Virus record (IMG/VR): IMGVR_UViG_3300037043_000013
Span: 1 to 45,130 of that record
From: a virus
Taxonomy: Duplodnaviria > Caudoviricetes
Direction: 5' to 3' (one strand)
DNA: 45,130 nt
The notes beneath the pieces are model-generated. The model was not told the DNA's origin and ran no database searches. It saw only the letters and a list, made by a program, of their open reading frames with translations. Shown here one piece after another: positions 35,995 to 44,619 of the stretch. Position numbers and translations under genes: made by a program. Numbering within the stretch: position 1 is the stretch's first letter; each line of letters begins with the position of its first letter.

Positions 35995-36025
35995 GTTTAT
36001 GTAGACACAAAGGAGGAGTTTCAGC

Positions 36026-36766
36026 ATGACCGAGCAAGAGTTGGAGAGCGCTCAGGAGGAGTTGGGACAGGAGGCGGAAGTCGCCCCCAAGGTTCCGGCT
36101 GTTTCTGGGGCCAAGCCACCTTCGGCTGAGCCGGTAGACACGACTGCCCTAGTGAAGGCGTTGGTGCCCGCTCTGCGCGATGCGCTTGTACAAGATGAGG
36201 ACTTCATCAAGGCATCGCAATCCGTCAAGGACAAGCGACTGAAGGTTCTGGACGACTTCGTTCCAGAGGACTTCCGCAAGTTCAAGCGGTACCTTGACAA
36301 GGCCGGCGGCGATGAGAACGAGGCTGTGCGCCAAGTACTCATCGACAAGGCTCTTGTCAACCAGAGCAAGCCCGCCGAAGATGGCCAGCCGGCCGTCCGC
36401 AGGGAGCAGTCAGGCGAAAGCCTCAATGGCTGGGTGTCGGGCCAACTGAAGAAGTTTGGGATCGCCCCGAACGACCCTCGATACGAGGCTCTCGTGGAGC
36501 AGTTCGAGGAGTCGCCGGCGTCCGAGGCCGAGTTCAAGGCCTCTGTGAGAGTCCTCATTTCACAGATACGGACGTCTGAGCCGGTCCCCGCCTCCGCCGT
36601 CGCCCCGTCGTCTGGAACTGGCAAGGCCAGCCCCAGCAACGAGGCCCTCAAACAGGCCTACATCAAAGAGATGGAGGCCAACCGAGGCAAGGGCCCACTG
36701 GTGGGACGCGAGGTCATGGCCAAGTACCGCAACAAGGGCTTGGCTGTGGACGAGATCGTCTTCTAG
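36026..36766 (+). CDS. Capsid scaffolding protein
   Basis: Acidic flexible N-terminus, directly upstream of capsid; AAGGAGG SD. Confidence 0.65.
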   Translation: MTEQELESAQEELGQEAEVAPKVPAVSGAKPPSAEPVDTTALVKALVPALRDALVQDEDFIKASQSVKDKRLKVLDDFVPEDFRKFKRYLDKAGGDENEAVRQVLIDKALVNQSKPAEDGQPAVRREQSGESLNGWVSGQLKKFGIAPNDPRYEALVEQFEESPASEAEFKASVRVLISQIRTSEPVPASAVAPSSGTGKASPSNEALKQAYIKEMEANRGKGPLVGREVMAKYRNKGLAVDEIVF

Positions 36767-36804
36767 CGTGACCCTGCCGCCACACAACTCAAGGAGAGAC
36801 TAAC

Positions 36805-37944
36805 GTGGCTACTGGTGGACAGGGAATCCAGCAGTCCTATTCAGCGACGCTTCCCCTGAAGCGAATGGTGACAGACCGGATCCTGATGACGGACCCGATG
36901 TCGATCGCCGGCCTGAATGCGCTGGGACTGCACAACGAAAGCAAGTTCGCCTTTGTGAACGACCCGGGGCGGACCTATGAGTGGCTTGAGGACACGTACC
37001 TCGACCGCTCCGACACGGCTGCCGACGTGAACATGACGTCCGTCACCACGACGACCACAATCGCCGTGACCACGGGCACCAAGTTCAACATCGGTGACGT
37101 GATCCAGATCGACGACGAGTACATGTGGGTTTCGGGCATCAGCACGAACACCCTGACTGTTACCCGCGACTTCGACGGGACGCAGGCTACCCACGCCTCG
37201 ACCTCGACCGTCTACATCCGGTACAACAGCCGGCTGGAAGGCGCTGCGGTTGGGACCAACAACGGCTTCACCGAGCCGTCCAGTGGGTACAACTACTCAT
37301 CCATCCTTCAGAAGCCGATCAATGTCTCGCGGTCCAGCGCGCTGTTCAAGCGCTATGGCATCGTGAACGTGGTCGAGCGCGAGATCGACAAGGCGATGGA
37401 TGAACTGATGATGAAGCTCAACATCGCCCTGTACCACGGCGCACGGGCCGTCGGCACCACGTCGACGCCTCGCTCCATGGGCGGGCTGGGCACCTTCATC
37501 ACCACGAATCCGAGCTCGGCCTCATCGGCTGCGCTAACGCAGAAGATGATCGAGGACGAGCTTCAGGACTGCTGGTCCTACGGCGGGTCGCCCGACCTGA
37601 TCCTGTGCGGCGCTTGGGCGCGGCGCAAGATCTCCTCGTTCTTTGAGGGGTACGTTCGGACCACGCGTGACGAAACCCGCGGTGGCATCATCATCAACCA
37701 GATCACGAACCCGATCGGCGGGCAGATGATCGACGTTGTGGTTGACCGCCACTGCCCGACCAACAAGCTCTGGCTGCTGGACCGCCGGTTCGTCGGGTAC
37801 ATCACCATTGACCCGTTCTTCTACGAGGAACTGGGCAAGGTTGGTGACTCGGCTGCCTACGGCGAAGTCGTCGGCGAGTACGGTCTTGTGGTCGCAAACG
37901 AGAAGGCTCACAGCAACGTGAATACATTCTCGACGACCGCGTAA
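36805..37944 (+). CDS. Major capsid protein (DUF5309/SU10-like HK97 fold) with inserted beta domain
   Basis: YEWLED…NYSSILQKPINVS.S…RSMGGL…GEYGL…NEKAH. Confidence 0.85.
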   Translation: MATGGQGIQQSYSATLPLKRMVTDRILMTDPMSIAGLNALGLHNESKFAFVNDPGRTYEWLEDTYLDRSDTAADVNMTSVTTTTTIAVTTGTKFNIGDVIQIDDEYMWVSGISTNTLTVTRDFDGTQATHASTSTVYIRYNSRLEGAAVGTNNGFTEPSSGYNYSSILQKPINVSRSSALFKRYGIVNVVEREIDKAMDELMMKLNIALYHGARAVGTTSTPRSMGGLGTFITTNPSSASSAALTQKMIEDELQDCWSYGGSPDLILCGAWARRKISSFFEGYVRTTRDETRGGIIINQITNPIGGQMIDVVVDRHCPTNKLWLLDRRFVGYITIDPFFYEELGKVGDSAAYGEVVGEYGLVVANEKAHSNVNTFSTTA

Positions 37945-37956
37945 CGGGAGGCTGAC

Positions 37957-38547
37957 ATGGCTGCAAACGCTGTTGCGTTCGACCTTGTCAAGCCCGCAAG
38001 CGCGGCTGGCGGGATGTCGCCCCGGGCTCCCCGTATCCTGTATGGTACGGGGACGCCTACGGGCACCATCGAGCCTCTCAAGAGCGCCGAGAAGGGCAGC
38101 ATCTTCATCTCGACGGACCAGACTGTCGGTTCGATCTGGGTGAAGGTCGCCAACAACGGCGCTACGGCTGACTGGGCGGCGGGGGGTGGGTCCAAGGTCT
38201 ACACGTCGCCGGAGTTCAATGTGGACGCCGGCGCCGGGACCAAGGTCCACGACATCTTCTACTGCCCGAATGCAATCGAGATCCTGACGGCGTCCCTGTT
38301 CTTCACCGAGGCGACCGATGCGAGTGGCGCTGCTGAAGCGACCATTCAACTCGGAAGCACGGCGGAGGGCGTCGACCTCGTCGCTGCGGTTTCCATCGCA
38401 GTCAGCAAGGCCATCGGCGGCACGCAAACCCTGACGGTAGCGGAGGGGACCGTGGCGGCCGCTGGCTTCGTGGACATCATGCTCACCGCCATCGCCGCAA
38501 CTGAGGCGGGCAAGTTCAGGGTCGTTCTCACGTACCTTGAGTCATAG
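37957..38547 (+). CDS. Capsid decoration/cement-like protein A
   Basis: GTGTP.G…KGSIFI…WVK; paralog of next gene. Confidence 0.6.
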   Translation: MAANAVAFDLVKPASAAGGMSPRAPRILYGTGTPTGTIEPLKSAEKGSIFISTDQTVGSIWVKVANNGATADWAAGGGSKVYTSPEFNVDAGAGTKVHDIFYCPNAIEILTASLFFTEATDASGAAEATIQLGSTAEGVDLVAAVSIAVSKAIGGTQTLTVAEGTVAAAGFVDIMLTAIAATEAGKFRVVLTYLES

Positions 38548-38555
38548 GAGGGGCC

Positions 38556-39179
38556 ATGGCTGTAGCTACAATGGCAAAGGTCCTCTGGCCTCCGCAGGCG
38601 GGCATTGATGGCACGGGTGCAGACAGGCTGACCAGCGGAACGAGCGCGTGCCCGGTCCCGATGATTATGTTCGGGAACGGCACGCCGGCTGGGACCATCG
38701 CTCCGTGGACAACGGCCGCCAAGGGGTCCATCTGGATCTCTCGCGACCAATCCGACAACGCAATCTGCGTCTGGGTGAAGCAGGCGGCCAATGACGCCGT
38801 CGCCGACTGGATCCCCTTCCGGGGAACTGGTCAGGTGCAGCGCTATGAAACCCAGGTCTTCGACATGGACGCGGGGGCGAATGAGTACGACTACCTGTAC
38901 TTCCCGAACGGCTGCGAGATCATCAAGGCGTACCAAGTGTGGACCGAGGCGTGCGACGCCTCCGGGGCGGCGGACGGAAACGTCTCTGCTGGCTCGGCGG
39001 CTGATGGCACGCAGTACATCGGCGCCCACTCGTACACCCCGAGTTCGGCGGTTGGGACCGCAAGGGAACTGACCGTTACCGAGGGGACGGTAGCCTCCAA
39101 GATCGTGACCAAGAACACCAAGGTCGCCGCAACCGAGGCCGGCAAGTTCAAGGTCGTCTACTACGTAGTGCAACCATAA
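38556..39179 (+). CDS. Capsid decoration/cement-like protein B
   Basis: GNGTP.G…KGSIWI…WVK…AATEAGKF.VV. Confidence 0.6.
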   Translation: MAVATMAKVLWPPQAGIDGTGADRLTSGTSACPVPMIMFGNGTPAGTIAPWTTAAKGSIWISRDQSDNAICVWVKQAANDAVADWIPFRGTGQVQRYETQVFDMDAGANEYDYLYFPNGCEIIKAYQVWTEACDASGAADGNVSAGSAADGTQYIGAHSYTPSSAVGTARELTVTEGTVASKIVTKNTKVAATEAGKFKVVYYVVQP

Positions 39180-39193
39180 CCGAATAGCCCAAG

Positions 39194-39221
39194 GGGGCCT
39201 GCATGTTAGCATGCAGGCCCC
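39194..39221 (+). terminator. Hairpin after capsid genes (terminator or stability element)
   Basis: GGGGCCTGCATG-TTAG-CATGCAGGCCCC; no U-tract. Confidence 0.5.
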
Positions 39222-39233
39222 TGAAGGATACCC

Positions 39234-39929
39234 ATGCCGAGAGCCTTCATCGTCGCAACGGGACCTAGCCTGAACTGGACGCCGCTGGACAGACTGGCCA
39301 GCGAAGTCACGTACAGCTTCAACAAGGTCTACCTGCTGTTCGACAAGACGAAGTGGAGGCCGAACTACTGGGTCATCGCCGACCTGTCGGCGTCAGACCG
39401 GTGGCCGATGGACGGGGTCTTCAAGCACGGGTCGAAGTACCTTGTGCGAGCAGACTTCCAAGACGCCGTCGGCGAGCACATCAAGGAGGCGGGGGCCGAC
39501 GTGGAGTGGGTGCCCCGCTGCGAGAAGCACGACCACATGAACTGCCAGTCCGAAGGCACGCCGCAAGCATGGCACCTGCCGACGTACTGCCGGTTCGGTG
39601 GCGGGATGTTCATCGCCATCCAGCATGCGGTGATGCACGGGTACAACCCCCTGTACCTAGTCGGAGCCGACCTCTACAGGGAGAACGACCTTGACGAGAG
39701 CAAGTGGTTTGACGTCAACCACTTCAGCCCCGAGTACGGCGTCAAGATGCCAAGCAAGTTCGGATCGTACGATAGGTTCAATCAGACGCTCATCCTAGCC
39801 CACCGGAACGCCCTTGACGGGTGTCGCGAGCGGGGCGTGGAGATCTTCAACGCCACGGCGGGGGGCAGTCTGGAAATCTATCCGAGGGTCAACTTAGGAG
39901 ACATCCTTGGCCAACAGAAAGAGACATAA
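39234..39929 (+). CDS. DUF115/Maf-like glycosyltransferase 4
   Basis: FIVATGPSL, YSFNKV, GYNPLYLVGAD, NHF, NATAGGSLEIYPRV. Confidence 0.8.
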   Translation: MPRAFIVATGPSLNWTPLDRLASEVTYSFNKVYLLFDKTKWRPNYWVIADLSASDRWPMDGVFKHGSKYLVRADFQDAVGEHIKEAGADVEWVPRCEKHDHMNCQSEGTPQAWHLPTYCRFGGGMFIAIQHAVMHGYNPLYLVGADLYRENDLDESKWFDVNHFSPEYGVKMPSKFGSYDRFNQTLILAHRNALDGCRERGVEIFNATAGGSLEIYPRVNLGDILGQQKET

Positions 39930-40659
39930 GACCGCCGACCCGACGACGCACCCGCAGGTCAGTGAGAGGGTGCAACTGTCCGGGGAAGAGTACCTCAACA
40001 AGCTGGAGGAGATCGCTCCGAAGAACTCCAAGCAGATCACCAAGACGCCCTCCGGCGAGATCGAACGCAACCAGATCGTCACCAAGATACGCCACAAGCC
40101 CGTGACATGGGGCTTCTGCTTCGACGAGGTGACGTTCAGCAAGTGGGTGGTGAACATCTTCCGGCTGCCCCTCATGCCGTGGGACAGCTTCGCCACGACG
40201 CAATCAACGTACCTGCCGGACGCCCGCAACACCGTCCACTCGAACTTCCTTGAGACGGAGTGCGAGTATCTGGTGATGCTGGACAGCGATGTCCTGCCGC
40301 CTCCAGACTTCTTGGATCGACTACTCGCCCATCATCTGCCGATGGTCGGCGGCTGGTATCGCAAGAAGGGCGAGCCCTACGCCCCGGTCGTCTACGACTA
40401 CCATCACACCGACCCCGACGGCATCCGCAAGTACAACATGCGGAGGGAGCCGGGCAAGGGGCTGGAGCAGGTGGACGCAGCCGGGGCTGGCTGCTGGCTG
40501 ATCCGCAGGGACGTCGCCGTCGCCATCGGCGCACGGCCCTACAGCATGGAGCACGGCGGGGAAGACCTCGAACTCTGCTGGAAGGTGAAAGAGGCCAACT
40601 TCCCAATCCATATCGACTGGGACGTAGTTTGTCAGCATTGTGGCGTAGCCACGATCTAG
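39907..40659 (+). CDS. GT-A fold (GT2-like) glycosyltransferase
   Basis: ARN…YLVMLDSD…GAGCWLIRRDV…GEDLELC…H. Confidence 0.8.
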   Translation: MANRKRHKTADPTTHPQVSERVQLSGEEYLNKLEEIAPKNSKQITKTPSGEIERNQIVTKIRHKPVTWGFCFDEVTFSKWVVNIFRLPLMPWDSFATTQSTYLPDARNTVHSNFLETECEYLVMLDSDVLPPPDFLDRLLAHHLPMVGGWYRKKGEPYAPVVYDYHHTDPDGIRKYNMRREPGKGLEQVDAAGAGCWLIRRDVAVAIGARPYSMEHGGEDLELCWKVKEANFPIHIDWDVVCQHCGVATI

Positions 40660-40668
40660 GAGGAAGAA

Positions 40669-41037
40669 GTGAACATTGAACGTGTCTCGACCTACATTCC
40701 GCTGACCATCGCCGACGGTGCTGCTCTGTCTTCTGCTGTGGACATGAGCATCTACAGCGGTGGGTATGTGGACATCGCCACATCATGGACCGCCGCCAAC
40801 ATGGGGTTCAAGGTGTGCGATACGGCAACCGGAACCTTCGTCATTCTTAGAGACGAGGCCGGCAACCCGGTGCAGATCAGCGGCATCGTCGTCGACGCTG
40901 CCGGGGCGTACGCGCTTCCTGCCCAAGTGTTCGGCTGCCTGTGGGTGAAGCTGTGGAGCAAGTCGTCCACCGCCGCCACGGTGACTGACACCAACCAGTC
41001 GGGTGTCGCCACCCTGCGGCTCGTTCTCAAGAGCTAA
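40669..41037 (+). CDS. Small beta-rich virion protein
   Basis: AGGAGG SD; TIADGAALSSAVD…. Confidence 0.55.
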   Translation: MNIERVSTYIPLTIADGAALSSAVDMSIYSGGYVDIATSWTAANMGFKVCDTATGTFVILRDEAGNPVQISGIVVDAAGAYALPAQVFGCLWVKLWSKSSTAATVTDTNQSGVATLRLVLKS

Positions 41038-41039
41038 CC

Positions 41040-42224
41040 ATGCCCACCCAGAGACATCTGGCTCGCTTGGGGCCGCCCGGCGACGAGTACTCCTCTCGCA
41101 TCTTGGGGACCGAGGCCAGTTCCCTTGTGGGCTACTGGCCGCTGTGGGATGCCGGCACCGCAGCCGTCAACGTGCAGGGCGCGGGCAGGGCGGGAACGCA
41201 CACTGCCGTTGCCATGAGCAACGCCGGGATCGGGGACGGCAGGACTTCTGGACTGTACGACGGCTCCACCTCCTACACCAACATCTACACCGCCGAGATG
41301 GCGGGCACTGAACTCATCACCAACGGCGGGTTCGAGACTGCGGGCGGGGGCGGGGCGGACATTTGGGGGACGTGGGAGGAGAGCACTGGGACCGGTGCGA
41401 TTGCAGACGAGGGCGCGCTGGTTCACGGCGGAAGTCATGCGGCGAAGCTAACAGCGGGGGCGTCGTGGTGGGACACCTTCATCAAGACACCGCCGCTCGT
41501 CGTTGTGGCGGGCGCAACGTACCAACTAACATTCTGGACAAGGGGCGACGGGACCAGCCCCGGCCGTTACGGTATCTGGAATTCTTCCAGCGCAAGTTGG
41601 ATAGCGGCCAATATATCAACTGGCGTGGCGGGGACAACATATACACAGGTGTCGGTTCCCTTCACTGCCCCAGCCGGTTGTATCGCCGTTCGTATATATC
41701 TGTACCCCCCCAACGTCAACGGCGGCATCGCCTACTTCGACGACGTGTCGGTGAAAGCCGTCAACCCGTTCAACGGTGCCGAGGGCACGCTGTTGATTTG
41801 GGCGAAGGTCAGCGCAGCGGGGGTGTGGACGGACGGGGCGGCGAGGGGGATGGTCTACTTGGTTGTGGACGCAAACAATAAGATATTCCTCGCAAAGAAC
41901 AGCACAGACAATCAAATTATAGTTGACTACAAGGCCGGAGGAACGGACGAACTCGCCACGTTCGCTGCCACCTCCCTGAACTTTATGGCCGTAGCGGCAA
42001 CATGGTCGCAGTCTGGCGATTCCGTCAAGTGGTATCTAAATGGCGCACAAGCGGCCTCTGCTACGAGTATTGGGACATGGGCGGGGACGCCTGCGGCTAC
42101 CACGACCGTCATTGGGGCCGGCACCACCGTCCCCGCCAATGTCTGGTCCGGCTCCCTCGCCCACTGCGCGCTGTGGTCGAAGGCGCTGTCGGCGGACCAG
42201 ATCGCCTACTTGAGTAAGGTGTAA
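41040..42224 (+). CDS. LamG/ConA-like protein with inserted carbohydrate-binding module
   Basis: LVGYWPL; LITNGGFE…YFDDVSV (CBM4/9-like); WYLNG…ALSADQI. Confidence 0.7.
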   Translation: MPTQRHLARLGPPGDEYSSRILGTEASSLVGYWPLWDAGTAAVNVQGAGRAGTHTAVAMSNAGIGDGRTSGLYDGSTSYTNIYTAEMAGTELITNGGFETAGGGGADIWGTWEESTGTGAIADEGALVHGGSHAAKLTAGASWWDTFIKTPPLVVVAGATYQLTFWTRGDGTSPGRYGIWNSSSASWIAANISTGVAGTTYTQVSVPFTAPAGCIAVRIYLYPPNVNGGIAYFDDVSVKAVNPFNGAEGTLLIWAKVSAAGVWTDGAARGMVYLVVDANNKIFLAKNSTDNQIIVDYKAGGTDELATFAATSLNFMAVAATWSQSGDSVKWYLNGAQAASATSIGTWAGTPAATTTVIGAGTTVPANVWSGSLAHCALWSKALSADQIAYLSKV

Positions 42225-42225
42225 C

Positions 42226-43128
42226 GTGGCGTTCAATCCGCCCCCCGCGCTTGGAAACGTCTTCACGGACACCCCTGGTCACTGGGCCGAAAAGTGGGCC
42301 GAGTACATGCTCCAAGAGGAGATCGTCAGTTCGTCCCCCACCTACAATCCCAACGGGACGCTGACTAGGGGCGAGATGGCGGTATTCATCGGGCGGGCGA
42401 TGAACCGGAAGAGCGAGTTGAGCAAGGGGCTGGCATTCGCACACGGAGAGTTTCCCGAAGACATCGACGCCTTGGGGGCGGAGTGGTACTACACTTGGGG
42501 GCCGACGGGAAGCCTGTCGGACGAACGCTACGTCCCCATGTACCGCGGGGGCGTCAATGATCGGTGGCTGACGCTACCCGCGGACTACGCCGGGTACATC
42601 CTGCTGTTCAACGAGCCCAACAACGGTGAACCCTACGGCTGCTCACTGCCTCCGGCGGCCGCTGCGGCAAAGTACCAAGAGGCGATTGCGTTCCACCCCA
42701 ACGCCAAGTTCGTCGTGGGCGGGGTGTCGGCTTGGCTCGACGTGTTTCAGAACTATGCTTGGCTGGTTCCATTCCAGCAGGCGTGTGTCTCCTTGGGCGT
42801 GCCCATTCCGACAAGGTGGCACGTTCACGGGTACGTCGAGTCGTGGATAACGGCCGACAAGCTCATCGAGTGGTGGCGGAAGCAGTTGCGCCTCGTTCCG
42901 GGCGATCTGTGGATTACGGAGTTCGGCTCAGTCTCGGGCAGCGTGGGGGATTACGTCAAGCTCATCGAGTGGATGAAGTCCGTCAGCCGCATCAAGCGAA
43001 TGGCGGCCTTCACCAATCGGCTACAGAGTACGGACCCATGGATGCCGCCGGGCTGGGAGCCCATGGCGCTGCTGAACTGGGACGGCACACTAAGGCCGCA
43101 CGGGGAATACTACCAACAGGTTGCGTGA
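42226..43128 (+). CDS. SLH domain + clan GH-A glycoside hydrolase (GH128-like)
   Basis: FTDT.GHWA…LTRGEMAVF; WYYTW, YVPM, FNEP, HVHGY, WITEFG. Confidence 0.8.
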   Translation: MAFNPPPALGNVFTDTPGHWAEKWAEYMLQEEIVSSSPTYNPNGTLTRGEMAVFIGRAMNRKSELSKGLAFAHGEFPEDIDALGAEWYYTWGPTGSLSDERYVPMYRGGVNDRWLTLPADYAGYILLFNEPNNGEPYGCSLPPAAAAAKYQEAIAFHPNAKFVVGGVSAWLDVFQNYAWLVPFQQACVSLGVPIPTRWHVHGYVESWITADKLIEWWRKQLRLVPGDLWITEFGSVSGSVGDYVKLIEWMKSVSRIKRMAAFTNRLQSTDPWMPPGWEPMALLNWDGTLRPHGEYYQQVA

Positions 43129-43136
43129 GGGTTGAC

Positions 43137-43352
43137 ATGCCGCGATACGACTTCGTCTGTCCGAAATGCGAGTGCCACGAAGAGCACAACGTCTCCGTAG
43201 ACCAGCGGGACACCGCGAAGCCGCCTTGTCCCAAGTGTAAGACGCCCATGGAACGGAGGTTCTCCTACCCGATGGCCACCATCTGGGCGGGCAAGTTTCA
43301 GGGACGGTCGATAAAGAAGACCGATTATGACGGTTTAGGATCCGACTGGTGA
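43137..43352 (+). CDS. FmdB-family zinc-ribbon protein
   Basis: MPRYDFVCPKC…CPKC…MERRFS. Confidence 0.75.
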   Translation: MPRYDFVCPKCECHEEHNVSVDQRDTAKPPCPKCKTPMERRFSYPMATIWAGKFQGRSIKKTDYDGLGSDW

Positions 43353-43773
43353 AATCAACCCCCGAGCAACTTGAGCGCGCTCGCATCTATCGAGACGCAC
43401 ACCGCGACCTCCTCGCCAGAAACAGGCCATCTACATGTCGACGCACAAGGAGGAGTTGCGAGAGTGGCGCAGGACACGTCTTCCGATCAAGCGGCGGGAA
43501 CTCCGGCTTGACGTTCTGGAGCGCTACGGTGGCAAGTGCGCCTGCTGCGGAGAGGCCAGGGAGGGGTTTCTGGCCATCGACCATATCGGCGGGGGAGGGA
43601 CCAAACACAGGAAAGAGGTTACCGGAGGCGGCGGGAGCAAGACCTACCGCTGGTTACAGAAGAACGGATACCCAAGGGGCTTCCGCGTCTTGTGCCACAA
43701 CTGCAACATGGCCATTGGCCTTTGGGGAAAGTGTCCCCATGAGACGGATCGCATGGTGGAGGACTGGACCTAA
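43349..43773 (+). CDS. HNH endonuclease, apparently frameshifted near 43420 (intact nuclease ORF 43435-43773)
   Basis: YGGKCACCGE…LAIDHIGGGG…VLCHNCN; paralog of 18496-18945. Confidence 0.7.
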
Positions 43774-44619
43774 ATGAACCTCTTTGAGCTCGTCAAGAAG
43801 ACCTACCTCGAACTGGGCCAGCTTACGGTCGCCACCGCCACGGGCGGCTCGACGTCGACGCTGGTCGACAGCGCCCTAGCCGGCACCGGCGAGGACAACT
43901 CCTACAAGGGCTCGGCGCTCCTGCTCATCAAGGACGCCGCCGGAGCCAATGCGGCCCCCGAGGGCGAGTGGTCGGTCTGCACGGCCTACACCGATAGCTC
44001 GGGGACGTTCGCCACCGTCTGGACGGTTGCGCCGGCGAGCGGCGACACGTACGGCATGGCGCTGGAGACGTTCCCGCTGTTCACGATGATCGAACTGGTG
44101 AACCAAGGGCTGGAATCCATCGGCGACATCCCCCTGCCCGACACGTCCATCACCACCTCCACCGGCGACAGGGACTACGCCCTGCCGATCGCCTGCAAGC
44201 GCAAGCGGCCGCTGTCGGTGCGCATTCGCACCGACACCGACTCGGGCGACTACTCGGCGGAGGTCATCAACGACTGGGACATCCTCCCGGCGGCCCCGGG
44301 CTCAACGGGGACGCTGCACCTGTACCGCTACCCCGAGGACGGCAAGACGATCGAGGTCTGGTATCAGGGCATCCACCCGAAAGTCTCCACGACGACCGGG
44401 TACATCGCCGAGAGCATCGAGCCCCGGCTGGCGGTTGTCGCCTCGGCCCTTGCGGCCGCCAAGTGGTACAACCGGCTGACCAACGGCTCGGAGACGTTCT
44501 GGATGCAGACCGAGGACCGGCTTCAGGCCGAGTACCAGAACCTCATGGTTCAGAAGAGCATCCAGTTTCCGACGAACGAGCCGAACCTGTTCATTGTAGA
44601 CCCTGCCGAGGGCGAGTAA
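43774..44619 (+). CDS. Putative head-tail adaptor protein
   Basis: GGAGG SD; position; ATATGGSTSTLVDS insert; …DYALP…. Confidence 0.55.
   Translation: MNLFELVKKTYLELGQLTVATATGGSTSTLVDSALAGTGEDNSYKGSALLLIKDAAGANAAPEGEWSVCTAYTDSSGTFATVWTVAPASGDTYGMALETFPLFTMIELVNQGLESIGDIPLPDTSITTSTGDRDYALPIACKRKRPLSVRIRTDTDSGDYSAEVINDWDILPAAPGSTGTLHLYRYPEDGKTIEVWYQGIHPKVSTTTGYIAESIEPRLAVVASALAAAKWYNRLTNGSETFWMQTEDRLQAEYQNLMVQKSIQFPTNEPNLFIVDPAEGE

Noticed and set aside
21604-38427. Long minus-strand ORFs (e.g. 21604-22836, 32286-33509, 37534-38427)
   Set aside because: Shadow ORFs opposite well-supported genes in high-GC DNA
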